DNA from: Octopus sinensis | Taxonomy: Eukaryota | NCBI RefSeq assembly: GCF_006345805.1 | Contig: NC_043014.1 | Coordinates: forward strand, 24,924,001 to 24,988,000 | Length of the DNA: 64,000 nt | Reading direction: 5' to 3' | Shown here: positions 52,332 to 63,694 of the stretch, in pieces | How the letters are laid out: the number at the start of each line of letters is the position of its first letter | How positions within the stretch are numbered: the first letter of the stretch is position 1 | Program-made: the position numbers and the translations under genes | The notes under the pieces: model-generated | The model's input: only the letters and a program-made list of their open reading frames with translations | The model's database searches: none | What the model was told of the DNA's origin: nothing

Positions 52332-52619
52332 TTTATTTGAGGGAATAAAATCCAAACTTACAAGGAAAAAGAATTTAATTTAGAAATATTAAATCAAATT
52401 CCACACAATATAATATATATATAAAATATTAGAAAAAAAACACCTTTTATCAATTCAAAATGTAATTTACTTTATCTTTACTTTTTATTGTTATTTTAAT
52501 TTCAACTTTTCTACTATATGTAATTTTCTAGATGGTGTAATTTAATTATTCGTTTTGAATTGATAAAAGGTGGGTTTTTTTCTAATATTTTATACATATA
52601 TATATATATATATATATAT

Positions 52620-53327
52620 AAAAGAAAATGAAGAAAATGCTGACAAAATAATTTAAGTAATTTAATTAGGTGAAAGTTCTTTTTACCGGTTGCGCATTTG
52701 TTATGCTTATCAAAAGAAATTTTTTTAAGAGAGATAGAGTTTCTTTCTGATAGATTTTTTCCTCTTATCTGACTTTATGTTGGGTTTGCTGTCTCTTATA
52801 TGTGAAAAAAGAGGCTCCAGAGTTGTTTAAGATTTGCTTGGTTTCGCGCCTAAAATTTCTTGTGGACAATGGTCAATACAATTTTGACACATGACCTCTC
52901 TATTATGACCACATCCACGTGACCTCTTTATTATGACCAATAAGAAATTTTAGGCGTGACACTAGCCAAATTTTAACTTCTGGAGCCTTTTTTCTTACCC
53001 CAACACCAACTTCCATTCTAACATTCACGTGACCTCTTCATAATGACCAATCAAAATTGTATTGACCATTGTCCACAAGAAATTTTAGGTGCGAAACCAA
53101 GCAAATCTTAAACAACTCTGGAGCCTCTTTTTTCACATATAAGAGATAGCAAACCCAACATAAAGTCAGATAAGAGGAAAAAATCTATCAGAAAGAAACT
53201 CTATCTCTCTTAAAAAAATTTCTTTTGATAAGCATAACAAATGCGCAACCGGTAAAAAGAACTTTCACCTAATTAAATTACTTAAATTACTTAATTTATT
53301 TTGTCAGCATTTTCTTCATTTCCTTTT
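52620..53327. repeat. Inverted repeat, arms about 270 bp, spacer about 163 bp
   Basis: 52620-52887 is the reverse complement of 53051-53327 with few differences. Confidence 0.95.
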
Positions 53328-53363
53328 TTATATATCACAACTCGTGTTCTACATCTCCTTTTT

Positions 53364-53412
<49 letters not shown>

Positions 53413-53522
53413 GTATGTATGTATATATATAAACAATATGTATATATATCTATCCATATATACATATATATATAATATAAATAATACCTATATATGCATA
53501 TATGTATATACATATATATATA

Positions 53523-53580
<58 letters not shown>

Positions 53581-53652
53581 TATGTATGTAAAAAATATAT
53601 ACACATATATATACATATATCTATTCATATATATATATGAGTACATATGTAT

Positions 53653-53776
53653 AAATAGACGTAAAAAAACACTATTTCCACCATAAATTCTCCGAGAAAA
53701 ACACACTACACTTACATGCAGTGTGCTTTTTTCTCGGAGAATTTATGGTGGAAATAGTGTCTTTTGATGTCTATTT
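53653..53776. repeat. Hairpin with arms of about 57 bp
   Basis: aaatagac..ccataaattctccgagaaaa pairs with ttttctcggagaatttatgg..gtctattt. The family recurs at 56705-56830. Confidence 0.9.
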
Positions 53777-53926
53777 TTTAGTGCATTGTGAGGTGAAAGC
53801 CAAGCCCTTACTATAATTATGTATATAATGATAAAATATTTATATTAATTGACCTACGAGGTTTTATTTTCACACTGACTACTTGGTAAAACTCATTTAT
53901 GAATTTACCCTTTATTATTATTATAG

Positions 53927-53984
<58 letters not shown>

Positions 53985-54312
53985 AATGAAGTGAGTTCAT
54001 GGCTCGCAGGGCAGCCTGCTGTGCTAACCTTGGATCGTAGAATGAACCGCTGTTCTTGAGGAGACCTGTTGAGTCAAGTTCGTCAACATCAAAATCAAAA
54101 TTCAAATTGAAATTGTAGTTAAGACACCCGTGCCGGTGACATGTAAAAAGCGCTGTTCGAATGTGGCATATACTAGCGTCGCCTGACTGGTGTCCGTGTC
54201 AGTGACACTTAAAAGCACCAACCAATCGTGGCCATTTGCCAGTCTGCTCTGGCTCCTGTGCCGGTGGCACGTAAAAAACACCCACTACACTCACTATATA
54301 TATCTATATCTG

Positions 54313-54367
<55 letters not shown>

Positions 54368-54539
54368 GTAAACAAAGTCAAATGCGATACAATAAAATTA
54401 ATTATTATCGCTGGTGTTCTAGGACACGCCATATATTATTCATATATAAGTACATTAAAAGGCGAAGTGTGTACTAGATACACAAAAGCTGGATAAATTT
54501 AATGAGATGAAAATTAAAAACTTTTACAAACTTAGTTCT

Positions 54540-54612
54540 TCTTAGACTGCAGTTTCGCCTATTTCAGCAATAAAAATAATATTTATTTACTCAGGTAGGC
54601 TCTTCAGTAAGA
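54540..54612 (-). ncRNA. Type I minimal hammerhead ribozyme, fully canonical
   Basis: TCTTA CTGAAGA GCCTA...TAGGC GAA ACTGCAGT C TAAGA. Stems I and II are 5 bp, 8-nt palindrome, GUC triplet. Confidence 0.88.
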
Positions 54613-55186
54613 TTCCTGTTATTATGGGAAGCGCACATCAATAGAGGCACATGCGTCTATTAAATTGCTCTTTCTAAACTATTCAAATCACTGCGCAGAC
54701 TCAGAACGTACCCGACAAAATAGGGTTTTCTGGTATAACGTCTAACGCTCAAAAATTTATCGAGAAAATACGTAAACAAAGTCAAATGCGATACAATAAA
54801 ATTAATTATTATCGCTGGTGTTCTAGGACACACCATATATTATTCATATATAAGTACATTAAAAGGCGAAGTGTGTACTAGATACACAGAAGCTGGATAA
54901 ATTTAATGAGATGAAAATTAAAAACTTTTACAAACTTAGTTCTATAGTAATATATATATATGTATTGGCACGTAAAAAGCACCCACTACACTCACGGAGT
55001 GGCTGGCATTAGGATGGGCATTCAGCCGTAGAAACATTGCCAGATCAGACTGGCCTGGTGCAGCCTTCTAGCTTCCCAGACCCCAGTTGAACTGTCCAAC
55101 CCATGCTATCATGGAAAGTGGACGCTAAACGATGACAATGATGATGATGATAATAATAATAATAATAATAATAATATATATATATA

Positions 55187-55218
<32 letters not shown>

Positions 55219-55546
55219 AATGAAGTGAGTTCATGGCTCGCAGGGCAGCCTGCTGTGCTAACCTTGGATCGTAGAATGAACCGCTGTTCTTGAGGAGACC
55301 TGTTGAGTCAAGTTCGTCAACATCAAAATCAAAATTCAAATTGAAATTGTAGTTAAGACACCCGTGCCGGTGACATGTAAAAAGCGCTGTTCGAATGTGG
55401 CATATACTAGCGTCGCCTGACTGGTGTCCGTGTCAGTGACACTTAAAAGCACCAACCAATCGTGGCCATTTGCCAGTCTGCTCTGGCTCCTGTGCCGGTG
55501 GCACGTAAAAAACACCCACTACACTCACTATATATATCTATATCTG

Positions 55547-55605
<59 letters not shown>

Positions 55606-55777
55606 GTAAACAAAGTCAAATGCGATACAATAAAATTAATTATTATCGCTGGTGTTCTAGGACACGCCATATATTATTCATATATAAGTACATTAAAAGG
55701 CGAAGTGTGTACTAGATACACAAAAGCTGGATAAATTTAATGAGATGAAAATTAAAAACTTTTACAAACTTAGTTCT

Positions 55778-55850
55778 TCTTAGACTGCAGTTTCGCCTAT
55801 TTCAGCAATAAAAATAATATTTATTTACTCAGGTAGGCTCTTCAGTAAGA
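55778..55850 (-). ncRNA. Type I minimal hammerhead ribozyme, duplicate copy
   Basis: Identical to 54540-54612. Confidence 0.88.
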
Positions 55851-56444
55851 TTCCTGTTATTATGGGAAGCGCACATCAATAGAGGCACATGCGTCTATTA
55901 AATTGCTCTTTCTAAACTATTCAAATCACTGCGCAGACTCAGAACGTACCCGACAAAATAGGGTTTTCTGGTATAACGTCTAACGCTCAAAAATTTATCG
56001 AGAAAATACGTAAACAAAGTCAAATGCGATACAATAAAATTAATTATTATCGCTGGTGTTCTAGGACACACCATATATTATTCATATATAAGTACATTAA
56101 AAGGCGAAGTGTGTACTAGATACACAGAAGCTGGATAAATTTAATGAGATGAAAATTAAAAACTTTTACAAACTTAGTTCTATAGTAATATATATATATG
56201 TATTGGCACGTAAAAAGCACCCACTACACTCACGGAGTGGCTGGCATTAGGATGGGCATTCAGCCGTAGAAACATTGCCAGATCAGACTGGCCTGGTGCA
56301 GCCTTCTAGCTTCCCAGACCCCAGTTGAACTGTCCAACCCATGCTATCATGGAAAGTGGACGCTAAACGATGACAATGATGATGATGATAATAATAATAA
56401 TAATAATAATAATATATATATATATATAACCATACACACACACA

Positions 56445-56702
56445 CAGTACAAGAAAAAACATGAATTACAAACTTTGGTTAAATGCATACATGATCGTGT
56501 TTCGGGCTTAAAGTAATACAAAACTTTACCTTTTTGCCCTCATCAGCGACGGTATACCCAGCCATATAAATACGAGTGTTTATATGGTTGGGTATACCGT
56601 TGCTGATGAGGGCAAACAGGTATAGTTTTGTATTACTTTAACCGAAACACGATCATGTACGGGATTAACCAAAGTTTGTATTTCATGTTCTTTCTTCTAC
56701 TG
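56445..56702. repeat. Palindrome with about 125-bp arms, each carrying a hammerhead-like motif
   Basis: CTGATGA GGGC..(G)CCC GAAACACGATCATGTA on minus at about 56484-56552 and on plus at about 56597-56663. Confidence 0.85.
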
Positions 56703-56836
56703 GCCTATGTGCAGTGTGTTTTTCTTGGAGAATTTACGGTGGCAATAGTGTCTTTTGACGTCTAGTTTTCAGTGTGTGGTGAGGTGCAAGCAAAGCCCTT
56801 GCTATAATTATGTATATAATTATAAAATATTTATAT

Positions 56837-56873
<37 letters not shown>

Positions 56874-57058
56874 TTATAAAATGAGATAAGGGTTGAAAAT
56901 TCAACCCACCGTGGGATAATATATATCCAATATACTGCTAGAGAGGTACCCAACAATGCCTTTACTGTTATGTAATGGTGTAATAAAGTATTGATTGGGT
57001 ATCATCTGATGGTTGATGTTTGATTGATTTAAGTATGTTTCTCCATTTTCTAATTTTG

Positions 57059-57098
<40 letters not shown>

Positions 57099-58140
57099 TT
57101 AGAGATAAAACCACTATTATGCGACTCAAACAGTGATAGACATAAACCAAAACATAAATAACAAATATATATTTTTATAAAACATATAACTAGATCTCAA
57201 AATGTATAAAATGAATGATCAAAGTAAAAAAAACTACGTACGTTTCATGGCTACAATTAAATTCGAATTACAATTAAGTCTAAATTCAATTGAAATAAAT
57301 TCGATTTAAAATTATAGTCAGTCTTCATCTTAATGTTAATAGTTAAATAAATGAGCAAATAGTTAAACAATATTTATTTAAAAAATAAATAAAGTAATAA
57401 TTTTTCTTATAGAAAAAACTCCATTAACTAAATTTGAAACTTAAAACATTATGATTATTTCCTACAACACATTTATTATGTTAAATATTTAATTTTTAAG
57501 GTAAATATGTATTTATTTTTGAAGATATAATTTGGCTTAAAAAACATAATAAATTATCGAATATCTTTAACTCAGTTATACTCCAATATTTAATTACCAA
57601 ATTATTTAACAAAATTATCACTATTAATATTTTTAGATTTAAGTTCACATCTAATAATTATAAAATAAAAAATGCAAAAAATTAAGTATCTAAATTATAA
57701 TCAACAAATATAGTGATTAAAAATCTAAAATTTTCTCTATCAATAAATATATAAGCGTATAACCAAAAATAAATTAGTCCATTATTACTTACATAAATAT
57801 TATAAATATCTATAGAATATATTTATAAAATACAATTTAAAAATTGAAAAATCAAATTAAAACCGTATAACCTATCTTTAAAACAATCTTATTATTACTG
57901 TTATCATCACTATCATCATCATTATCAAAAAAATTTTTATGATCTATATACCACAGTGACTAACTAATATCTTAAAATTTAAGTTCAGTTATAATAATTA
58001 TATATGAATAATAATTAAATAAATGTACATATCTAAATTATCATTAACAACTAAGATAATTATAAATACAAATTTAACAATCAATAGTTATATAGAATAC
58101 AATAATATTTCTTAAATAAAAATGTTTACTTAACTCTTGA

Positions 58141-58201
<61 letters not shown>

Positions 58202-58209
58202 TATATAAG

Positions 58210-60795
58210 GCAAAACGACCAAAACGAAACCCCGACCCACCAAATAAACAACAGAAAATCCCATGGAGAATCCTATGCTATCCCAAACCCTACAAGAAAG
58301 AAGAAATCTGGAAGGCACTCAAGAACCTGCAAATTTTACCTGCAGGGCAAATGTTGGCATGGGGAGGACGGCAAAAACTACCGGTTTGCCCACCCGACAC
58401 CCTGCCAGAACTACAGGGGCCTTAAAAAGAGAAACTTCACTGAAGAAGGACAACAGATGTCTCCAAGGAAAACATTCAGAAAAGAAGTGTGCTCCTCAGA
58501 TGTTCTGCAGAATGCAGCAGCTGAGCAAGAGTCTTTTTTGTGCATGGCTCAAAGGATTGTACAGCAGCTAACCTGGCTATACTAAGCACAAAGAAGGAAC
58601 CTTGCCCACCCCTATGCAAGACCACAGTCAACAGACACGGGATGGCCTCCTCTAACGCCTGCACAGCTGTCACCCCAATACTTTTACTAAATATTGAGGA
58701 CCTGTTGCATCAAAATAGAAACAAATTTCTTTCCTGAGAGATCTTACTGCATGCAATCAAGCCCTATGCATAGCACTCGTGGAAACTCACCTCAGCCCTG
58801 ATATAGAGGACGCAGAAGTATACATACGAAACTATGCCATACTGCGAACAGACAGAAGGGAAAGGAGCCATGGTGGAGTTGCTGTATACATCTGTGATGA
58901 CCTCACACCCCAGCTCTTACTGTCATACTCAAATTCGGTATGTGACACTCTAATTGTATACATAAGAGAACATAATATAGTCATATGCAATACATATTGC
59001 CCACCAGATGCCCCAAACCTTATAGGCAAGTTTGAAGATTGCCTCACAAAAATTAAAGAAATCCTCATGAATCTGGAACACCAAGTGACCATATTTCTTA
59101 TGTGTGATTTCAACTTCCCCAACGTCAAATGGCCTGAAGGTCTCATACTCTCAGGAATGACTCATTGCAAGCAAGCACAGGTGTGAGTCCCTGCTCAACC
59201 TCACCAATGCCTATTCATAGAGCAAGCTGTACTCAGACCAACTAGGGCAAATAACATTCTGGATCTCTGCTTCACGAACAATATGGACATCATTCGTGAT
59301 GTGAAAGTGACACCGACATTAGTCTTGGATCACAACATAATAGAGCTGTCTATGTTTGGGTCGAAAGTAACCAGAGACATACAGTCTAAAGGAAGCACCC
59401 GAAATCTCTCCAATCTGAACTTCCACAAAGCAGATTGGAAATCAATCCAAAAAGAGATCCTCAGAGAGGACTGGCTGAAATGTCTCTCCACACCAGACAT
59501 TGACATGAAACTAGAATGTTTCATGTCTTCTGTGCAAGCCATATGCCAGTAATATGTCCCAGAACACAAGGCCAATACAAATAGGAGCAAGATTCCAAGG
59601 GAGAGGAAGATCCTCATGAGACCACGGACGAAGTTTGCAAATCGACTCAACCAACATCCCAAAAGTAGCGAAACGTCCTGCCTAAAAACAACACTGATGG
59701 AGATTGAAAAAAGGCTGCAACAATCCTATGTGAGGGAGAACGCAGACAAAGAAGCCTGGGTTATAAAAAACATTAAGTCAAACACAAAGGCCTTCTTTCA
59801 TTACGCGAAAGAAACAGCCTCAATGCACTTCAAGATAGGACCCCTCCTCCAAGAGGATAGCTCTCTCACAGACAGTCCAACTAAGATCAGTGAGATACTG
59901 AATGACCAGTTCAAAAGTGTCTTTACCACCCCGTTAGAACACAGACAAGTGAACGAACCAGTGGTCTTCTTTGCTGCCTCACCTATAACCAGCAAGGCAG
60001 TTACAATGGAATACATTGACATTAGCGAAGAAGATATACTACTAGCCATAGATGAAGTGGACACAAACTCAACTGCTGGTCCTGATGGTTTCCCAGCAAT
60101 CCTCCTCAAAGCGTGTAAGCATGCCCTGGCAAAACCCCTCCAGATTCTCTTCCAGAGCTTTCTTACAAATGGCAGACTGCCAAGCAAGCTAAAGGAGGGA
60201 ATAATATGCCCAATACATAAAGATGTATTTAGAGCAGATGCCAAAAACTATAGACCTATCTCTCTGACTTCACACATCAGTAAAATCATGGATCGGATAG
60301 TCAGAAAGAAACTAATCACATTCCTTGAGGAAAATAACTTGCTGAGTGATACCCAGCATGGTTTTTGACCAGGTAGGAGCTGCCTGACCCAGCTCTTACA
60401 ACATTATGACTGGGTGTTGAGGCAGTTACTCAACAAATCAAATGTGGACGTAATATACCTTGATTTTGCAAAAGCTTTTGACAAGGTGGATCATGATATG
60501 ATATGCCACAAACTGCATGACCTTGGCAAAGCTGGAAAACTTGGAGAGTGGTTACATGACTTTCTGAAAGGTAGGAGTCAGGCCGTAGTGGTTAATGGAG
60601 CCACCTCTATGAACACACAAATAGTGAGCGGTGTTCCACAGGGCACTGTCTTGGGACCACTGCTTTTTATAGTGGCCCTCTCAGATATGCCCTCAAATGC
60701 CCAGATAGCCACTCTGGGAAGCTATGCAGATGATACGAAAATCTTGCAGAAAATACAGAACCCCAGCAATGTTGCACACCTGCAGCAGGAGTTGA
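58210..60795 (+). mobile_element. CR1-group LINE (ORF1 3' part, APE, RT to YADD), 3'-truncated
   Basis: CKFYLQGKCWHGEDGKN.RFAH, ETHL, DFNFP, DHN, DFAKAFDKVDH, SGVPQGTVLGPLLF, YADDTK. A separate family tail is at 60880-60925. Confidence 0.92.
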
Positions 60796-60984
60796 GAATT
60801 AGTTTCGTTAGAGTATTCCTTTTTTAATAATTAGGTAATATTTTTATTATTGTGTGAAATATTAAATCTATAGATATTGGCGGTGCCCCAGCATGGCCAC
60901 AGCTCATGAGCTGAAACTAGATAAAATAAAAAAAAATAAATACATATTAATAATATACTTAGTTTATATAATGGATTTATAGAA

Positions 60985-63208
60985 GGGGATAAAGAGAGTC
61001 TGCCAAATGTCAACCCAACAGAGGGACCAGCTATCCGAGTTGACAGTTCCTTAGTAGTTAAGGCAATTAGAAGCGTGAAGACAGGGAAAGCCCCAGGCCC
61101 ATCAGGAATTACTGCAGAGATGCTTAAAATATCTGGTAGTGTCGGCTATAGCCTAGTCACCCATATAGTTAACCAAGTGATACACGAAGGAGTCATACCC
61201 AATGACTGGTGTAGCAGCATAATAGTCAACTGCTACAAAGGTAAAGGTGACGCCCTAGATACAAATAATTACAGAGGTATCAAGCTGTTGGATCAGGTAA
61301 TGAAGGTTACGGAGAAGGTCAAAGCCCAACTGATTAGGGAGAGAATCAGCTTGGATGAGATGCAGTTTGGTTTCGTGCCAGGGAAAATCACCACTGATGC
61401 CATATTTCTGGTAAGACAGCAGCAGGAGAAATACCTAACCGAAGATAAGCCCCTGTACCTGGCTTTCGTTGACATGGAGAAAGCCTTTGACAGGGTCCCC
61501 CAATCCCTTATCTGGTGGTCAATGAGGAAACTAGGGATAGATGAATGGTTAGTGAGAGCTGTGCAAGCCATGTACAGAAACGCTGTAAGGTGAGGGTTGG
61601 CAATGAGTACAGTGAAGAATTCCGGGTAGAGGTAGGAGTCCACCAAGCTTCAGTTCTCAGCCCCCTCCTATTTATCATAGTCCTCCAGGCAATAACGGAG
61701 GAATTCAAGACAGGATGCCCCTGGGAGCTCCTCTACGCTGATGACCTTGCTCTAATTGCTAAGTCACTATCAGAACTAGAGGCAAAGTTTCAAGTGTGGA
61801 GACAAGGATTAGAATCGAAAGGCCTTAGGGTCAACCTAGCTAAAACCAAAGTCCTATTTCGTAGGAAGGCAGGCAAATCACAAATGCCTTCAGGTAGATG
61901 ACCCTGCTCGATCTGTAGAAAAGGTGTTGGTAGAAACTCTATAAGATGCACCAAGTGTAAGCTATGGATACATAAGAGATGCAATGTCAAAGGAAGGCTA
62001 ACTAGGAAGATAGTTTTTGTATGTGGCAGATGCTCAGGAGCAATAAACACTGAAAATGCGCAGAGACCAACTTCCGCCTCATTCCAGGGAGGAAAACTAG
62101 AAATAGTTGATAGCTTCCGTTACCTAGGGGACCAAGTCAGCAGCGGGGGCGGGTGTGCTGAAAGTGTAACTGCTAGAGTAAGAATAGCCTGGGCAAAGTT
62201 CAGGGAGCTCTTACCTCTGCTGGTGACAAAAGGCCTCTCGCTCAGAGTAAAAGGCAGACTGTATGATGCATGTGTATGAACAGCCATGCTAGATGGTAGT
62301 GAAACATGGGCCATGACTGCTGAGGATATGCGTAAGCTCGCAAGAAATGAAGCCAGTATGCTCCGATAGATGTGTAATATCAGTGTTCATACTCGACAGT
62401 GTGTAAGTACCTTGAGAGAAAAGTTGGACCTAAGAAGCATCAGTTGTGGTGTGCAAGAGAGACGTTTGCGCTGGTATTGTCATGTGGCGAGAATGGATGA
62501 AGATAGTTGTGTGAAAAAGTGCCATACCCTAGCGGTTTAGGGTACCTGTGGAAGAGGTAGACCCAGCAAAACCTGGGACGAGGTGGTGACGCACGACCTT
62601 CGAACTTTAGGTCTCACCGAGGAAATGACTAGAGACCGAGACCTTTGGAAGTATGCTTGGCGTGGGAAGACCCGGCAGGACAAGTGAGACCATAACCCAT
62701 GGCCTCTACCTGGGATGTAGCCAGTCCACTTATGCATACCTTCCCTTCTTGGGACACAAAACTCTACTTGTGAAGACCTGTTGAGGCAAGTGAAAATCAA
62801 AATCGAAATCGATCAACATCAATGAAAATTGTAGCTGCGATACCAGTGCCGGTGGCACATAAGAGAACCATCCGAATGTGGCCATTGCCAGCGCCGCCCC
62901 AACTGGCCTCCATGCCGGTGGCACGTAAAAAGCACCATCCGATTGTGGCCATTGCCAGCCTCGTCTGGCCTCCGTGCCAGTGGCATGTTAAAAGCACCAT
63001 CCGATCGTGGCCGTTTGCCAGCCTCGTCTGGCACGTAAAAGGCACCCACTACACTCACAGAGTGGTTGGTGTTAGGAAGGGCATCCAGCTGTAGAAACAC
63101 TGCCAGATCAGACTGGGCCTGGTGCAGCCTTCTGGCTTCCCAGACCCCAGTTGAACTGTCCAACCCATGCTAGCATGGAAAGCGGATGTTAAACGATGAT
63201 GATGATGA
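60985..63208 (+). mobile_element. RTE LINE, 5'-truncated (RT, PHD-like finger, UTR)
   Basis: GKAPGPSG, NYRGIKLL, DMEKAFDRVP, LYADDL, UTR and (gat)n tail. Confidence 0.95.
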
Positions 63209-63247
63209 TATATATTAATTAATTATTTTATTATTCTAGTTTATTTT

Positions 63248-63351
63248 TAACCTGATGAGTGGCTATATTTATATTGAAGTGATTTTACTACTACTATTAA
63301 TTTTTTTACTATAATCATTTCTTAAATATAGCCACGAAACACGTGTCATTA
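63248..63351 (+). ncRNA. Hammerhead motif with 12-bp stem II
   Basis: taac CTGATGA GTGGCTATATTT...AAATATAGCCAC GAA ACACGTGT C atta. One mismatch at the base of stem I. Confidence 0.75.
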
Positions 63352-63588
63352 TTCTACCAAATATATATACGTTTTTATAATTATTTTGCAATTTACTTAA
63401 TCATCGGTATATTATTGTTATTTTAATTTTAATATTTCTATTATATGTAATTTTCTAGATGGTGTAATTTAATTGTTCATTTTGAATTGATAAAAGGTGG
63501 TTTTTTTCTAATTTTCATATATATATATATATATATAATATTTATATAACAAATGAAAGACAGAAGATGGAACATATGAGAATTATTA

Positions 63589-63694
63589 ATCACGACAATT
63601 GTTTTGACACATCCAGCATCGATTCCTCTTGAGTGGGACGCTCAACAACTGGTTCAAGAGCATCCAGTGGTGCAGATGTATCTCATCAGGTGAT
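63589..63694 (-). ncRNA. Hammerhead motif (G12A mutation)
   Basis: ATCAC CTGATGA GATACATC...GATGTGTC AAA ACAATTGT C GTGAT. Stem I 5 bp, stem II 8 bp. Confidence 0.7.

Larger units (their letters stand above)
53986..56420 (+). repeat. Near-identical tandem duplication of about 1.24 kb (RTE UTR piece, HHR-bearing 404-bp element, RTE 3' stub)
   Basis: Identical ORFs at 54190 and 55424 (offset 1234). HHRs are offset by 1238 because the (TA)n length differs. Confidence 0.95.

Noticed and set aside
57080-58130. Very AT-rich block as a mitochondrial insertion (NUMT)
   Set aside because: No recognisable mitochondrial gene, tRNA or rRNA motif. It carries a decayed HHR-like motif, so it is more likely an old PLE end.
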